Positions 63,259 through 64,000 of a stretch of 64,000 bases of DNA are shown here, in pieces. Position numbers and translations under genes: made by a program. Under the pieces are notes generated by a model. The model worked only from the letters and a program-made list of their open reading frames with translations, searched no databases and was not told where the DNA came from. The DNA lies in the NCBI GenBank assembly GCA_964355945.1, contig CAYHGE010000001.1, forward strand, positions 133,486 to 197,485, written 5' to 3'. Positions within the stretch are counted from its first letter, which is position 1; every line of letters begins with the position of its first letter. This stretch comes from an uncultured Draconibacterium sp. GTDB taxonomy: Bacteria > Bacteroidota > Bacteroidia > Bacteroidales > FEN-979.

Positions 63259-64000
63259 TCACTGATTGCTCAAAATTATCTTAAATTTAGTCGCCTCCAT
63301 ACCGTCTCTTTTCACCACCAGACAGTAATGTGCCGTTACAAGTGTGGTTAAATCGAGGATGATCATGTTTTTTCCCTTTGTTATCGGATAATCTTGCTTC
63401 AACATGATTTGACCCAAAAGATCATACAGGTAAATAGTGGAATTGAGATCACTCCCGGAAATGAAATCCAGGGTTAATTGTCCTGATGACGGATTTGGGT
63501 AGCATTTAATGGTGTTAATTTCAGGTGAAAGGTTTTCTGATGTCGATATGAAGCAGCCATTCGAATCGAAATAGGTCGCCCTGTAGGTGCCGGTTTCAAA
63601 AACCGGTATTTTCAGGGAATGCTCCCCGGGTATCACCTGATCATTAAAATACCATGTTATGTTTGTCGATCCTACAGGAAGGGAGATGGAGTCATGTTGA
63701 TGAATAAATACGTTTTGTGTGGCTATGTATTGAATATTGTCGATGAAAATAACGTTGTTTTGATAATTGTCAGGTGGGGAAAAGAATGGTTTGAACGCAA
63801 TTTTCTGATATGATCGTGAAGGTATTACCATTACTTCGAATTTCTGCCAGGTATAATTATTCAACACATCCGATTGCCACAATAATTCATATTCATCAGG
63901 AACTTGACAGTCGCCGTTAAATCCGATTACCTGCAAAACACTGGGATGGTCAAAAAAGTAAGTTACAAATGAGCACTCTGCATTAAATTCATGTGAAAGG
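63259..64000 (-). CDS. Secreted protein with a T9SS C-terminal sorting domain (5'-partial; the frame stays open to the window edge)
   Basis: The C-terminus (IKCYPNPSSGQLTLDF...IYLYDLLGQ...) is T9SS-type. The ORF-track M at 63936 is a TTG, and the frame has no stop up to position 64000. Confidence 0.7.
   Translation of the reverse strand, partial: LSHEFNAECSFVTYFFDHPSVLQVIGFNGDCQVPDEYELLWQSDVLNNYTWQKFEVMVIPSRSYQKIAFKPFFSPPDNYQNNVIFIDNIQYIATQNVFIHQHDSISLPVGSTNITWYFNDQVIPGEHSLKIPVFETGTYRATYFDSNGCFISTSENLSPEINTIKCYPNPSSGQLTLDFISGSDLNSTIYLYDLLGQIMLKQDYPITKGKNMIILDLTTLVTAHYCLVVKRDGMEATKFKIILSNQ

Noticed and set aside
62999-63265. An 88-aa ORF on the plus strand.
   Set aside because: It spans the tRNA-Gly gene and its terminator, so it is an artefact.
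63128-64000. The tRNA-Gly as an integration hotspot marking a genomic island.
   Set aside because: There is no integrase, no direct repeat of the tRNA 3' end, and no mobile-element genes on either side within the window.

Overview
This is a 64-kb chromosomal window that looks like Bacteroidota. The evidence is T9SS C-terminal sorting domains on four secreted proteins, TAnnTTTG -7 promoter boxes, mostly Shine-Dalgarno-less starts, and a fused CcoN-CcoO. All product calls come from reading motifs by eye; no database search was possible. I count about 55 protein genes and one tRNA-Gly(CCC). I found no rRNA, no CRISPR array and no recognisable transposase or integrase.

Layout, left to right:
- rsmE, followed by two very large T9SS-secreted proteins (an M14 carboxypeptidase and a BNR/Asp-box protein) and a TetR regulator.
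- A 10-gene bacterial microcompartment (BMC) operon at 8201-13757 on the minus strand.
- rlmF, a disrupted YfhO-family gene and a CsbD-like gene.
- A high-affinity-oxidase island: cydAB lies divergent from ccoI-ccoS-ccoNO-ccoQ-ccoP-ccoG-fixH-tauE-like, followed by a lipoprotein cytochrome c.
- GH109, an M28 peptidase, GH13 and plsC.
- An AT-rich orphan 753-aa gene.
- A gamma-CA-like gene, nadB and sucAB.
- An M20 peptidase, an FG-GAP T9SS protein, dsbD and a CcmF/CcsA-like gene.
- pcm, envelope and polysaccharide genes, a sirtuin, an S9 peptidase, dgkA, an ICMT-like gene, an ABC-F ATPase, a hydrolase, the tRNA, and a partial T9SS protein.

The stand-out is the BMC operon. It has seven shell genes: 1 BMC-H, a PduT-like BMC-T, a CcmP/CsoS1D-like BMC-T, and four BMC-P paralogues. 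Its only enzymes are an acylating aldehyde dehydrogenase, a deoxyribose-phosphate aldolase with an N-terminal extension, and an RpiB-family isomerase whose catalytic Cys position reads Asp. No phosphotransacylase, alcohol dehydrogenase or acetate kinase is present in the locus. This looks like a sugar-phosphate/deoxyribose-phosphate metabolosome. As far as I recall, that type is known only from bioinformatic catalogues and has not been characterised experimentally.

Secondary curiosities:
- A family of 7-18-bp tandem repeats occupies intergenic spacers; one copy lies inside a signal-peptide coding region.
- Several perfect GC-rich hairpins sit between genes.
- The orphan 753-aa gene has a strong SD.
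- The tRNA-Gly has an unusual T-loop.
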